This document shows, piece after piece, positions 1 to 11,076 of a DNA stretch of 64,000 nt. How positions within the stretch are numbered: the stretch's first letter is position 1; each line of letters begins with the position of its first letter. The stretch comes from Trichoplax adhaerens. Lineage: Eukaryota > Animalia > Placozoa. The stretch lies in assembly GCF_000150275.1 (NCBI RefSeq), contig NW_002060953.1, forward strand, positions 2,181,670-2,245,669, written 5' to 3'. A model generated the notes under the pieces. The model ran no database searches. It was not told where the DNA came from and saw nothing but the letters and a program-made list of their open reading frames with translations. Position numbers and translations under genes: made by a program.

Positions 1-3000
1 ATCTCCATCGCATGTACAGTGTGACCTTACTGATTTTACTCTTTCTACTCTTGGTAACAGTGATCACTGCTTGGCAATTTAAAGCAAGGCGTATGCGATT
101 TTTACATGAAACTGGACTAGCTATGATCTATGGTAAGTCTAATGGAAGGAATGAGGAATAACTTGACTCTCATTTCATCCGTAAATTACCATTTCCTACT
201 AGTTGTACCCAATTACTTTAAATCCTTGTACTTGCTAGCGAGGTAAACAATTAAATCTTCCCTAATACTTAGCATAGCCGTGGATTACTAGGCAGAGTAT
301 TTAGTAGTCCTTAGCACAACTTACTGTATAAACCTCGTTCATAAATAGTAGCAGTTGTGTTTAGCTCGAAATCCTAACGGTAAAACTGAACAAAGCCCAG
401 TATGTACAAACAATAATTACATAATTAATTCTCATCGTAAAACTAGATATCGCTATTGTTCTGCTGATTCAATGATAATGTGATCATTAAAAAACAATAT
501 TATCTGCATTTGCAGGAGTAATCATGGGAGCAATTATTAAATACTCTACACAACCTGATCAGCAGGATTATCCCATACAGTGCTCTTTGAATAAGACTAA
601 CGGTAGTCTTCCGTTGCTGCTGTCTGCAAGCCTTGAAAATGTCAGCTACTCCTATCAATTGCTGGCTATACATGACCGAGAAAGCCCTGCTACAGCAGAA
701 TCCCCATTAGTTGAAACGGTAAGGAAGATTGCAATATCAGCAATAATGGAATAGCAATCATTCAAACCATGATACAGTCAGCTCAGTAACTCTACTTCTA
801 TTCTATGTAAGATAGGATTTATGACAAGTAATTTCAGCAAGTAATTTTATCCGAATTAGTTAATGTTCGATCTAGAAATACTTCTTAATATTTTATTTCT
901 CGAGCTTTCTATATGAGATGTGATTTATGAGAAGTAGTATACAGCAGTTTAAGGCCGTTATTTTAATTGAAATAGTGTAATCTCCGACCTAGCGATCTTC
1001 TTCAATGTTTTACTTTCTCTACCATTATTCAATACCAAATATGACTTACTAAAAGTGAAATACAGTAATTATAACATGCTCTTTCTGTCCAAATAGATGA
1101 TTTTTGATCCAGAAATATTTTTCTATGTTTTGCTTCCTCCGGTTATCTTTTACGCTGGATACAATTTACGACATGTAAGTATTTAAACTCTACATTTTAT
1201 GGATATTATGATAATACTAGGTCTTTTAGCTACAGTGAATAATGAGAGCTATCATTTCTGCTATAGAAGCAAAAAATAGCAGCCTTAACCAGAGTTCTGT
1301 AGCAAAATTTTTTACTGCCCTTTATTATTATTAGAGGCATTTCTTTAGTAACTTTGCGTCAATCCTTTTATACGCAATGCTTGGAACCATTATTTCCTGT
1401 TTTACGATTGGGTAAGTTTTACTCTGTGCCTAAGTATAGAATTATGTGACTTGCCTAAATGCCTACCACCTTAAACTTACTATAAACTGGCTCAGAAGTA
1501 GATTTTTCGGTTTGTTGTTGAATTTAAGAATCAGAAAAAAACATATTTACTGCAATAATATCCCAGCACATAACTTCAGAATTTCGTTGTATTAGTGAAA
1601 GTTTATATGAACGATACATAAATCTATCTATCGAAAGTTTTGATATTCTAACATTAGTTTCCATTACTTTATGTGGCAAGTGCTATCATGTACCTATTTG
1701 TTTCAAACATTCAACCTATCGGCGACTTTGGTTTCATCGACTGTCTGATATTTGGAGCTATGATTTCTGCTACGGATCCTGGTATAGCACTAGCCTAGTG
1801 GATTTTAAAATTACAGGATTGAAATATAGTAAGTACCGTAATATCTAATCGTGATGTGCTTTAATTTTAGTAACTGTTTTGGCAATATTTCACGATTTAC
1901 ACGTTGATTCAAAACTCTACGCTCTGGTTTTTGGCGAAAGTGTCCTAAATGATGCCGTGGCTATTGTACTGTATAGGTATGTACAATAGCTTCTAGGAAA
2001 ATAGTAAACAAGAACTTCTTTGATTAATTAAGTACTGAAATGCCAGACCATAAGTAGCACTATAAGGCGAAATAAAGTTGTAAATTCCATTTTAGCTCGA
2101 TCTTGATTTATTCACCGTACTCGCTGCATAGTGAAAGTGGATTTCATGTTGGTGCCTTGTTTCGATCTATTGCTGGCTTTCTCGGCATATTCGCTGGCTC
2201 TTTTTCCTTGGGCTGCTTACTCGGATTAACGACAGCATTAATATCTTATTGATAGTAATATAAGACATAAAATACCTCTGCTAGACTATATAAGTGATAC
2301 AGTACTGTACGATGTACGATATTATCAATCACAAAGAAACTAACAAACCCTGCTCTTATTTCCTGATGAAAAATCGTTGATGCAATTTTTACCATTTAAT
2401 CAGTACCGTTTGTCACATTTTTGTTAAAAGTTTTATTTAACTCTGTATTAGAATTGTTGCAATATCGCAGCAAGATATTGCATAGCTGTAACAAACGTTC
2501 ATTCATAACGTATTTTACAAAATTATTTTATTATACATGTGAATAGTCTGGGATTGTAGTGATTAGATAAATATATTTCGTGAATCGCTCACGATAATGT
2601 TCTTTGTTTGATCCTTAATAACTCTGTAAATCTCTAAGTTGACAAGAATCCGAGAATTTCCATTATTAGAGACTGCGGTATTTATTATCTTCTCCTATTC
2701 GGCATTTCTCATCGCTGAAGCTCTCCGTTTAACGGGTATTGTATCCTATGCCGGCAGCATCTCCTTATATATTTATGTATATATATTCTATACATTATAG
2801 ATATTTTAAATCGAACCTTTTTACAATGTTCTCTATACTTTCTGCTTCTTTAGGTATTGTAACTATATTGTTTTGTGGAATAACTCAATCCCACTTTACT
2901 TATAAAAATTTATCCGATGAATCCCAGAAAAGAACAAAACAGGTTTATATTTGTTATTTTTACCTAAGAAGTGACCGTATCTATACTACCGATGAAACTA

Positions 3001-4206
3001 AATTTCAAAACATTGACGAAAACCACTTCTAGGCCTTTGAAATTATTAATTTCCTCGCAGAAAATTTCATATTCTCTTATATGGGCCTTTCATTTTTTGT
3101 TTTCCCATACCATCGTTGGTATTTTGGATTTATAGCTTTTTCATTTGTATCTTTATGAAGAATTTGATAATGCTTTTAAAACTAGTGTAAAAATATCTGT
3201 ATTTATCGGAACTATTCAAGCCCTCAACGTATTACCTAGATAGCCATTTTTGTAGGTCGGTTATGCAATATATATCCTCTCAGTTTCATCTTAAATCGGA
3301 CTCGTCGAAATAAGATCAGCTACAATATACAGCATATGATGGTTTTTGCAGGTATAATGGCATTTGGATCGTCTCCTGTTATAGCTATGATATCAATATG
3401 AAACATAATAAAATGTGACGAATTAATTATATTTGTGGTAGGTCTACGCGGTGCTATAGCATTCGCTTTGGCTATTCGTAATACCTCTAGCGAAAGCCGG
3501 CAATTAATGTTTACTACAACATTAATGATTGTATTTGTTACGGTTTTGTTTAATGGAGGTACAACAACTCTAATGCTGCGGTGGTTGAGAATAGAGTAAG
3601 TTTTGTAAATTGCAGTCTAGAAGATTCATTTATATCAATTACACTCTTCATTATTAACTCCTATTAGTCTTGCTGGATCTGAAGATGAAAGGGATCAGGT
3701 ATCAATAATGAATAAATCTAGAAAAGAATTTCAAGAATACTGTACTGAAATTATTACGCTAAACAGTATCTCTCGTAAGTTAAGCATAATGTAAATTGAT
3801 CATTATAGGCTGAAACTGCGCCAGAAACTGCGCCAGAAACTGAGAATCCCAATGCTTCAGTATCATCCAAAGATGGAAATCGCTCATTATTGGCTAGATC
3901 ATTTATAAATTTCGATAAAAAATATCCTAATTTTATTTCCTTGATATCGTGTTACGTAGCAATTGTTTATTAAAGCTCCATGGGAGAGATGATATTCGAA
4001 TTTTGCATTAAACTACTAACGCTCTTGCCAATCTTTTGATAAACTGAGTTGAATTCCTTAATCCATAGCTCAAGTATCTGTCTCCAATATTTGTTCATAG
4101 CTCTAAAAATCCTTTTGAAGGTACTCGATTTCAACGTTGGGGTAACTGTTTTAAGACAATGGATGAAGAAGATCGGGATAATTTGGTGGAAATGGCTAGT
4201 GCATAA
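1..4206 (+). CDS. SLC9A6: Organellar/endosomal Na+/H+ exchanger, NHE6/7/9-like (paralog A), multi-exon, 5' end outside the window
   Basis: Manual splicing gives exons <1-132, 516-718, 1097-1174, 1335-1411, 1681-1781, 1871-1976, 2096-2240, 2630-2735, 2854-2942, 3033-3146, 3240-3351, 3442-3595, 3668-3698, 3809-3921, 4074-4206. Motifs: [101 protein letters not shown]. The symbol denotes the SLC9A6/7/9 clade, not 1:1 orthology. Confidence 0.93.
860..933 (+). pseudogene. Decayed duplicate of the FDPEIFF exon (copy 1)
   Basis: Follows ccgaattag and reads [13 protein letters not shown], then a frameshift and stop; ends before gtagta. 74 nt versus 78 nt for the functional exon at 1097-1174. Confidence 0.6.
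977..1054 (+). pseudogene. Diverged duplicate of the FDPEIFF exon (copy 2)
   Basis: 78 nt, open: [26 protein letters not shown] versus [26 protein letters not shown]. Followed by GT (gtgaaa); the upstream AG (974-975) is 1 nt out of register. Confidence 0.6.
2241..2629 (+). other. U12-type intron, AT-AA termini (paralog A)
   Basis: 5' ATATCTTA; branch TCCTTAAT at 2612-2619; ends ...tgtAA. Restores TAL|[15 protein letters not shown]. Confidence 0.8.
3147..3239 (+). other. U12-type intron, GT-AG (paralog A)
   Basis: 5' GTATCTTT; branch-like CCCTCAAC at 3221-3228, about 11 nt before the acceptor; no polypyrimidine tract. Confidence 0.8.
3922..4073 (+). other. U12-type intron, AT-AA termini (paralog A, last intron)
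   Basis: 5' ATATCCTA; branch TTCCTTAAT at 4054-4062; ends ...ctcAA. Only this junction gives [12 protein letters not shown]. Confidence 0.82.
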
Positions 4207-4739
4207 TCATATTTAGCCCCAATTATAATCTTACTATCTACAACTGAGTTTTTAAGGCATTAAATTAAATTCATAAGCAGAATATATATTGTGCATCTTT
4301 TCAATGAAGTTGCTAAAAATTAAAAAGCTAAAATTTACAGGTAATGGAATTTTTGTGGCCAGGAGAAATAGCCAATAGCTGATATTACTGCAATAATTTA
4401 GTTGTAATTAAACATATTTATACATCTTAGATAGTAACTACTTTAACTTAATAATCGTAGTCGTATTAATTAAAGTTTGCAAAGTAAAGCTCCATAGATT
4501 CATTTATATTTTATTAAAATTGGATTTCATAATTTTTTATCTGAAATCCGTACCAGTACCATTTTGAATGTAACTTCTTGCGGATGTATAATCATCAATG
4601 CTTTAAGTGATGCAGTAAAATTACTATTAGAAAGAGCTCATTTACACTGTTGACTCAGTGCTTTACCTTTACCTATCGATAAAATAATACTTTAGATAAG
4701 CTTGGAGTCTATGCAGTATGCATGCTTTAATGGCAATCC

Positions 4740-5460
4740 TATTGTAATTATCAATTCTATATCACAGTATCAAGGCTCGACCATTCAGGATCGAAATTAC
4801 ATCAATGATGTGCTGTTGTTATATTCCATAGGATATTTGTAGCAAGTTTTCTGTACCAAGCCCGATAGATGAACAATTTAACTTGCTCATATAACTAACG
4901 TCCTAGCAGTTGCAAGTTTCGATTCAACATAGTAGCAAAGTGTTTTGAAGGTATAATAATGAAAGACGAACAAAATGGCCAGTAAAAACATTTCGTATTT
5001 GGCTAATATTCATATTCTATAAGGCATATGTGGGACGCTGTCCGCAGTGAATTCGATTGATTGTAATACTAACCTACTCATGTGACTAAAGTGCAATCTG
5101 AACGGAGCATGATATAACTATGTAGTGATTTATCTAATTATATTGGTAGAATATTTTGAAAGTATAGCAACAAAAAATTAATTAAAGGATGAAAAAAATG
5201 ACCGGAACTTGGCTAATAAATTAATTAAGATAGTTGTAATAATCATATCATAATCATCAATTCTATAAAATAACTCTGTACAGTGTTCGATGGATTAAAA
5301 TATTAATTTGCTCATGTAACTAACGTAAAAACTATTCTGAGTATGGCGTAACAGTGCAGTGATTAGAGCTAATTAGAGTAGTAAAGTACCTGAAAGTATA
5401 ATAATGAAATATTAATTAAACGGCCACCAAAAGGCTCCTATTTGGCTAATATATTGTGTA
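4740..5460. repeat. Degenerate local direct repeats between the NHE paralogs
   Basis: ttgctcat(a/g)taactaacg...gaa(g/a)gtataataatgaaa...tatttggctaatat occurs near 4880-5010 and again near 5305-5455, with a weaker third copy near 5155-5220. Confidence 0.5.
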
Positions 5461-6081
5461 TATTACAACGTATAACTTTCAATGATGTCGTATGGCACTC
5501 ATGTTGCATTAGTTTGGAAGGCAATAGTACTGCTGATGACAATTGATTATACAGTAATTAGATTGTCTCAGAATAACTAAAATGATTCAAGCTTAAATAA
5601 CGTAAATTTTAGAATACTTATACTGTAGAAAGCCCAATACCCCACCTTCTACAGTATTTCATAATACTAATGGCATGAAAGCTCATCTAATCCGCAACGC
5701 TGTGTGAATCATAAGATGTTCTGGACATAAGATATTTTAATGCAAGATCGTAGAGATAATAGTTGTACTTGCACTACTAAATAATTGTTTGAATATTCGT
5801 AAAATCTCCTTATTCACCATATGTTAATGAGTAAATCAAGAATAAAGCACTTGCCTTGCATATAGTACTGTATTGGCAGCTGAAACTGCTTTAATATGTA
5901 AATATTCTAATTATATGGCAGTAGATGATACACACGCCATTATGCAGGGCGTATGGTCATCATCAGTCTTAAGCCCCTGGAATATCGGTGTATTGAGTCT
6001 ATTTCACGGCCTGTACTCATCAGCTATCTCAGTAAACTAAACTTCAACTCCTCCAATTTAGGTGCAGAAATTGAGTACATC

Positions 6082-9000
6082 ATGACGCTATTTTCTTTTC
6101 GTCGTGCTTGGTGGATAGTATTCTTATTTATCTTGACCACGATACCTCCTTCCTTGCAGCATAATCGCGAAAGCATTACCGAAGAGGAAGTAGAACATCA
6201 CCATCATCTATTTCGAAATGTGCTCATCATTATGTTCGTTCTTCTCCTACTCAATATCTTGACAGCTTGGGTGCTGAGAATCTATCATATTGTTATCGTG
6301 CATGAGACGGGACTGGCGATGATATATGGTAAGGAATCTACAATACTTGCAAGAATATGTTTTTCTCTATTAGAACGCCATGTAATCCTATTATTATCAC
6401 GTGGAGATTTCTACCATGTTTTAATAATAAATATGCAATAAACAGACACTTCTTATTACTGTAATTCCAAGTTTGATTTCTGAAGTTATCTTTACATAGA
6501 TTGATCTTGATGATTGCAGCTATTATATTATACTTGATTTAAAATCTGTCGATTCAATCTCAAAACAGATTAAAACATAGCTGGTCGGTACACGATGTCC
6601 TTCGAGCTAAACATTTGTATTTAAATGCCCTACGTAATTGTAAGCCTAAAAGCTTTACTAAAATATAATTCCACAGGCCTGATAACTGGAGCAGTTGTTA
6701 AGTATTCTTTGCCACCTGAGGAGCAAGAAATCTCGAAGGCTTGTATGTTTACTGTGAAGAACGATAACATTCCGGCCATTCTTCATGCAACAATTGATAA
6801 TAAAACGTGTGCCTATGGATTATTAAATGTTTACGATACCGATAACCCTGATTTACCCCAACCACAACTGGTCGATATGGTAAGTTAAACACTACTACAA
6901 AATAAGGCACGTTTAATCTACGCCATGGACGAGAAAATGTTTATTCTTCCATGTATTTGTACTGATGCATGATAGCTTAGTTTGTAACTTGAAATCGGAT
7001 AAATACTAATAACGATAGTATTTCTGAAATCGAATTAGCTCATCTTCAATTCGGAAATCTTTTTCTATATTATGCTTCCTCCAATCATATTCTTTGCTGG
7101 ATACGATTTACGACGCGTAAGTAATACTACATTGACTGCAGATTTATAATATTTATAATAATTACGGCATTAATCAATGTTGAAACTTGTTGTTAAAATT
7201 TAACTCATACATTAGTTATAATCTTTAATGCTCAACAGAACTATAGAGCAGAGTTGCTTCGGCATAACCTATTTAATGGTAACCTTCAAAATATATCAAC
7301 TGCCGATATCTGATTTATAACCTAATGCTACATCTGCAAATAGAGGCATTTCTTTCGCAATTTTGGATCAATTCTTTTCTATGCCATTGTTGGAACCATT
7401 ATTTCCTGTTTTGTCATCAGGTAAGTTAAACATCCAAAGTGTACCTTAGTCTTCTTTTAAAGCCATTAATGAACTACAGTTTGTAGCTAATACATTTAAA
7501 CTCTTTGCTTCATTTTTTTCGAAAAGACGACGTTGAAACTAACGGAGTTCTATCTGTTTATGATCTTCCGTTGTATAAAAATATGGAGATATTACTGATA
7601 AAATTTTCGCAGCTTTAAGATTGTACCGTAAGAATCGAATTAGTTCTATATTTGAATTTACAGCTGGCAAATTAATTGATGAGGCATATTATCCATGACT
7701 AGAATGAACCATGTAGATTTCATATACGTACTCTAAGTATGTGACCATTGTATCAGCGCTTACTTAGTATATCGAATTCCACACGTTATCATACAAGCAA
7801 TATTATTTATGATATTTAAATGGTTTCTATCTATGTCCTAAATGAATCTTCGTAGTTTTTTTTTAAAGTAAATAAATGACAAACAAATTTTGCTAGCAAT
7901 TTGAGCTAAGATTACTAGTGCTGATTTGTTTTTTGAATATTTACAAGGTTTATAAGCTAGAATTGATCTATTGGATATTGTTGCTTGTTTACCATTTAGT
8001 GGCATAATGTATGGATATGTTACAAAAATTTATCCTATTCCTGGTTTTAAATTTGTCGACTGCCTATTATTTGGTGCTATGATTTCAGCAACAGATCCTG
8101 GTATGATCTAAATCTTTTAATTTCTATTACCTAGAATACCAGTTCTGAAGTAGCTAATACTTCTTCTAATTGAAAAATTTTTCATTATTAGTCACTGTCT
8201 TGGCTATTTTTCAACATTTACATGTCGATTCCAAATTGTATGCCTTGGTCTTTGGAGAAAGTGTTCTCAATGATGCAGTCTCTATCGTTTTATATAGGTA
8301 ATTAAGTTCCAAATCTATTAATATGGCTTAGGGGAAATTTGATCTTTATAATTGTAAATTGATCGATTAATAACCTAAAGAGGCATATCTAGATCCTGTC
8401 AACAGCTATGAAAAGGTTCCGTTATCCTATTTTAGTGCTATTTTAACTTATTCACCTGATATGAGCGAAAGCGAAAATGGTTTTGATGGTGCTGCATTCT
8501 TTGAATTACTGCTCAATTTCCTATGGATTTTTCTTGGTTCATTTGGTGTTGGTTGCTTAATGGGCTTATTAACAGCATTAATATCCTACCACGATCATTT
8601 TCATGATAAATATCTTTGTGAAATTAGCTACGACTTATTCACTCTATAATATTAGCTAATTCTTGAAATTATTCGAACAAAAATTCTTACTACTATTGCC
8701 TAATTTTGGATAGTTAAAGATTAGCATCTCACAAATAATTACAGTTGTAGTGCTATCAATTACTCTAAAAGAATCGGTGATTAGTTATCAGTCACGATAT
8801 ATCATAGAAAATTACTTACTTTCTTCCGGAATTCTTAGGAATGCGTAGCAATCGTTTGTTTTCCTAACACTATGCTTACTAATAGTAGGATTAAAAGAGC
8901 TAATTTTAGATAGTCAAGTTATCTTCAGCTAGTAATTATAACTTATTCGATATAATTTATTGAACGCTACTCTAGCAAATAATTTATGTGGATTTGTTCA

Positions 9001-11076
9001 TTTCTCTTTCGATATAGCGATTAATTGTTAATTTGCCTTTCCTTTTGTAGTTATAGTTCTAGCTGAGTTGATACCATTAATTTCATTAAGCTATCTTATG
9101 AGATCTACAACAGTAGTAAATATAGTAATACTAGCGTAAAAGTAGTTTCTTAAGAGTAAATGCTATCCTTATTACCTTCATACTGTCCTTACGGATAACG
9201 GTATGTATAGGATAGTGAGCATACTAGTACTAATATGATATGTGGTTTCGGTATTAATTTAAAGTATCATAAAGGATAACGGTTAACACAGCATTAAAAT
9301 TATAAATCCAACCATTCAAATGTTAATGCTATCCGCTTTTTATTATCCACGTAATATGGTTTCAATATATGCAAACTAATGATAGAATGATAAAACTTTT
9401 GTTCTAAACATCTTCTTTCGATCTCTATTCGGCCTTAATCATTTTGTAAATTACTAAGCTAACCAATATCAAGGAACATCCGATACTGGAAACAGCCATT
9501 TTCATCATCATTTCCTATTTAACTTTTCTCATTGCTGAAGCTTTTCATTTAACAGGTAATTTAGTTTATACAAATTGCTTTTTTGTCTATTCCAGAAGAG
9601 CTCGATTAATAACATGACTTTCTTTTCCACCAGGAATTGTAGCCATTCTATTCTGTGGTATTATCCAATCCCATTATACCTATAAAAATTTATCTGCTGA
9701 ATCTAGAACTAGAACAAAACAAGTTATTTGCCATAGTCGCAAATTTAGAATAAAACTTTCGTTAATTCGTATTATAGCCCCTTTCTTCTTATCATTTCCT
9801 TTATTTATTGTTACAGACTATTGAAATGATCAGCTTCCTAGCTGAAAATGCCGTATTCTCCTATATGGGACTTTCATGTTTCGTTTTCCCCTATCATAGA
9901 TTTTATATGGGATTTGTTGTATTTTCATTTGTATCTTTAAGTGTCTTTTTAGACCTTGTAGCCTATTTAGTGATAACTAACTATTGAAGAACATAAATCT
10001 AGTTCCGATTAATCTTGTTGAAAGTTTCTACAAGCCCTTAACCTTTGAATTAGATCGCAATTTTAACAGGTCGCCTATGCAATATATATCCAATCAGTTT
10101 CATCTTAAATAGAGCTCGTCAAAACAGGATTGGCTACAGGCTTCAGCACATGATGCTTTTTTCTGGTGAGCCGAGTATTGAATTATCTTACTATTTTAGT
10201 ATTTTAAAACAGCAGCATAAGTGATAAGGGTTATTTATTTTCGATTATAGGTCTACGAGGTGCTATCGCCTTCGCTCTGGCTATTCGCAATACATCTAGC
10301 AAAGTTCGTCAACTCATGTTTACAACAACGGTGGTAATTGTATTTATTACAGTCTTATTTAATGGAGGTACAACAACAATGATGTTGCGGTGGCTAAAAA
10401 TCAAGTTAGTATTAGATATTGAATGATATATAAGAATTTATTGCAAATTCATTATTCATTTTATTAATTTCTATCGTCATTGTTAGGGTTGGAATTACCC
10501 AAGATGAAGATGATGACAGCGAGGTGCTAATAACATTATTTATTAGCTGAACTGTTCAGTTTTAATGTAGAATAATATCGCATTAATGAAGCGAGCTTCT
10601 CATGGAAATAATCATTGCTATCATTATAGATTGACTACAGGCAAAATAATGTTTATGCTGCAACATCGTCGAACGCTGCAGATCGTTCACTACTCGCAAA
10701 AATGTGGTTTAGCTTGGATGAGAAATATCCTACTCTTAGCTCTAATTTTTATTTATAGTTGTTTATAACAGCCAACTTTACAAAATACAGCAATCATTTT
10801 ATTGAACCATCCACTTTATTAGATAGCCTTGTCCACGTATTTCGAGTAATTCAGAGTCATTGCCTTAACATCTGGTGTAAGTATTTATCACCAATATTTG
10901 TTCATAGAGGTACCAATCCTTTTGAAGGAACTCGATTCCATCAGTGTGGAGTCTGTTTCAAAACTAAGTATGATGAAGATACTGACCGCAATGAAGATAA
11001 TGATGAAGAAGTAATCTATAAGAATACAAATGATGAGACAAGGATTCGCTTGACCGACGCTGTGGTTAACGCATAA
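6082..11076 (+). CDS. SLC9A6: Organellar/endosomal Na+/H+ exchanger, NHE6/7/9-like (paralog B), 15 exons
   Basis: Signal-peptide-like start [16 protein letters not shown] at 6082 (an in-frame ATG also lies at 5953). Motifs [75 protein letters not shown]. Intron positions match paralog A; stop TAA at 11074-11076. The symbol denotes the clade. Confidence 0.92.
8581..9449 (+). other. U12-type intron, AT-AA termini (paralog B)
   Basis: 5' ATATCCTA; branch GCCTTAAT at 9432-9439; ends ...tgtAA. Restores TAL|[15 protein letters not shown]. Confidence 0.8.
9931..10053 (+). other. U12-type intron, GT-AG (paralog B)
   Basis: 5' GTATCTTT; canonical branch CCCTTAAC at 10035-10042; AG acceptor about 11 nt downstream. 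Confidence 0.85.
10725..10880 (+). other. U12-type intron, AT-AA termini (paralog B, last intron)
   Basis: 5' ATATCCTA; branch GCCTTAAC at 10862-10869; ends ...tgtAA. Gives [12 protein letters not shown]. Confidence 0.82.

Noticed and set aside
2735-2861. 9-bp direct repeat ggtattgta at both ends of an NHE intron, suggesting intron gain by insertion
   Set aside because: Paralog B has the same intron without the repeat, so it is likely coincidence with splice consensus.
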